From: a virus | Lineage: Duplodnaviria; Heunggongvirae; Uroviricota; Caudoviricetes | Virus record (IMG/VR): IMGVR_UViG_2690316243_000012 | Length of the DNA: 6,798 bases | Strand: one strand, 5' to 3' | Part shown: positions 5,502 through 6,798 of the stretch, piece after piece | Layout of the letters: each line of letters opens with the position of its first letter | Position numbering within the stretch: the first letter of the stretch is position 1 | Made by a program: the position numbers and the translations under genes | Notes under the pieces: model-generated | The model's database searches: none | What the model was told of the DNA's origin: nothing | The model's input: the letters and a program-made list of their open reading frames with translations, nothing else

Positions 5502-6285
5502 TTCAAGCCCTCTTAACCGCCCCACTAATCGGGAGAAGAGCGATAACCCCAGAGAGGGAAGCTCCTTTCTTAACCGACCTCTTAAACGACCTTTACAGAC
5601 CTTGTTCAAGGTAATCACAATAGTTTTTCTTCCCTCGGTTTCCTGTGTTCCTCGGCTGGCTATTGAGATTTGAAAGACCTCTGTAAGCGCTCTCTTAGCG
5701 AGAGAAAAATCATTCATAGTGACCCCAAGCGAAGCGCCCCTCTAAAAAAAGATTTTTTAGCTATTTTGTTTAAAAGCATATCAAACGATACATTTTATTG
5801 ATTTAGGTCAAAGACAAAAGCATTGACAAAATGGTAAGATTGTTCACATGACCTTACTTAACAGACTTTTAAGAGACTTTGAAACAGCCTGTTTAACAGG
5901 TCACTACCTCTGGTCTTATCGTTCCCTTCTTTCTAGGTGGTTATCTGTTAAGAGTTTTTCAGTTTTTATTCTTAAGATAATTGTTAAGATGATACTCTCC
6001 CTTCGGGTTATATCGTATCTCTTCTCCCGTTAAATATCCCTTCACAGTCAGACTAAATAACACCTGTGTAGTTCTTGGTAGAATCTTTCAAGGTAACTTA
6101 GCTCTGAGTTTATGAAGTTGACCTATGAGATAGACTCTACCGAATCTGTTAGTCAATTGTTGCTTAGGTGCTGCTAAGGCTTACTTAGTGGAAAGAGAGG
6201 GGATATGTGACCATAGGGGAACCCCTCCTGTTAAAAGACTACTTAGAAGTCTGAGGTTTTAGTAAAATCTGTGAATATGGCTTCT

Positions 6286-6392
6286 CAGACGCTCTGTAAC
6301 GCATTCTAAGCGATTTTACCCCTTTATTTTAAGGTGGTTAGTACATCCCTATAGGTTACCCCTAAAAATGGGGTTAAAACTCGCTACAGAGC
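6286..6392 (-). repeat. Repeat element copy C: inverted, diverged copy of element A/B lacking the outer left arm
   Basis: Plus-strand CAGACGCTCTGTAACGCATTCTAAGCG (6286-6312) matches the reverse complement of A's right arm (CAGACGCTCT....GCATTCTAA identical apart from CAATC to GTAAC). The reverse complement of 6313-6392 aligns with A's interior and inner left arm (AGGGGTAACCTATAGGG vs AGGGGTAGCCTGTACAG; CCACCTTAAAATAAA vs CCACCCTAAAATAAG; GCTCTGTAGCGAG vs GCTCTGTAACGAG). Confidence 0.55.
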
Positions 6393-6643
6393 TTTCTATG
6401 AGATTAGCTTCTAATCGAATCAACTATGAGGTTTGGTAGGATTGTGCAAAATCTGTACAGTAACTTTTCAGAATCTGAAAATTTTTATAAAAAATGACTA
6501 GCCCTCTTTGAATCTCATCTTCCCCGAATCTTCAAAAATATCTGACAGATGTCTGTAGCTGCTAAGTACCCGTCACACCAGCTATGTGACCCCCTTGGCA
6601 AAAAAGCCAAATATCAGCTACATCCATGTAACTATTCAGTAAC

Positions 6644-6798
6644 TTATTTAGCAAGTCTGTAATAAGTTGCTCTAGAGATTCCTAACTCTTCCTGAATCTG
6701 CAACCTCGTCTTACCTTGTGAAATAAGCGTCTGTACAGCCTCTGAAGAAGCTTTTACAGGCCTCCCCATATGTACCCCTTCAGCTTTAGCACGTTCAA
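6644..6798 (-). CDS. Small serine recombinase (resolvase/invertase family), C-terminal HTH domain only; 5' part lies beyond the window
   Basis: Not in the ORF track (only 50 codons inside the window). Minus-strand translation of 6796-6647 is ERAKAEGVHMGRPVKASSEAVQTLISQGKTRLQIQEELGISRATYYRLAK, then TAA at 6646-6644. The GRP motif followed by a helix-turn-helix ending ..G.SR.T.YR.. is the characteristic C-terminus of Hin/Gin/Tn3-resolvase-type serine recombinases (from memory). Confidence 0.7.
   Translation of the reverse strand, partial: ERAKAEGVHMGRPVKASSEAVQTLISQGKTRLQIQEELGISRATYYRLAK

Noticed and set aside
5430-5717. Minus-strand 95-aa Arg/Leu-rich ORF
   Set aside because: Low-complexity translation (GRLRGRLRKELPSLGLSL...), weak SD, and the C-terminal third is encoded by tandem-repeat unit 2, whose paralogue unit 1 is non-coding; probably a chance ORF in GC-richer DNA.
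5848-6033. Plus-strand 61-aa ORF
   Set aside because: No SD upstream of the ATG and no -10 at the right spacing from the nearby TTGACA (5823-5828); low-complexity hydrophobic translation.
6593-6610. Terminator for the recombinase gene
   Set aside because: The hairpin TTGGC/GCCAA with an A6 loop lies about 35 nt after the recombinase stop, but on the minus strand it is not followed by a T-run and the stem is short and AT-poor; too weak to call.

Overview
This 6.8-kb window looks like an AT-rich accessory region of a mobile element (prophage, satellite or island); nothing here is a housekeeping gene, and all product calls rest on reading the sequence and recalled family signatures, not on a search. 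Left to right: (1) a minus-strand run of eight genes (185, 92, 90, 66, 107, 236, 69 and 425 aa), several translationally coupled (TAAATG, TGAnnATG, TAATG junctions). It begins at a back-to-back divergent sigma70-like promoter pair (4770-4834) and ends in a 425-aa protein carrying a phage tape-measure-type core domain; one member is an HNH_3/NUMOD4-like protein with a substituted catalytic His. (2) On the plus strand the divergent promoter reads through a ~100-bp imperfect-palindromic element into a 58-aa single-transmembrane protein gene (5013-5189). (3) A ~1.45-kb stretch (5190-6643) has no convincing ORF but is dense with repeats, including two tandem ~95-bp units. (4) The 3' end of a small serine recombinase gene (resolvase/invertase type, C-terminal HTH) enters from the right edge (6644-6798, minus). 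The most interesting signal is a family of three homologous 100-120 bp elements with imperfect terminal inverted repeats (3249-3370 and 4901-4998 forward; 6286-6392 inverted). Copies B and C bracket the gene-poor segment and the small membrane-protein gene in inverted orientation, next to the recombinase. That suggests a recombinase-driven inversion or deletion switch, but a MITE-like repeat or a structured RNA family would explain the same sequence.
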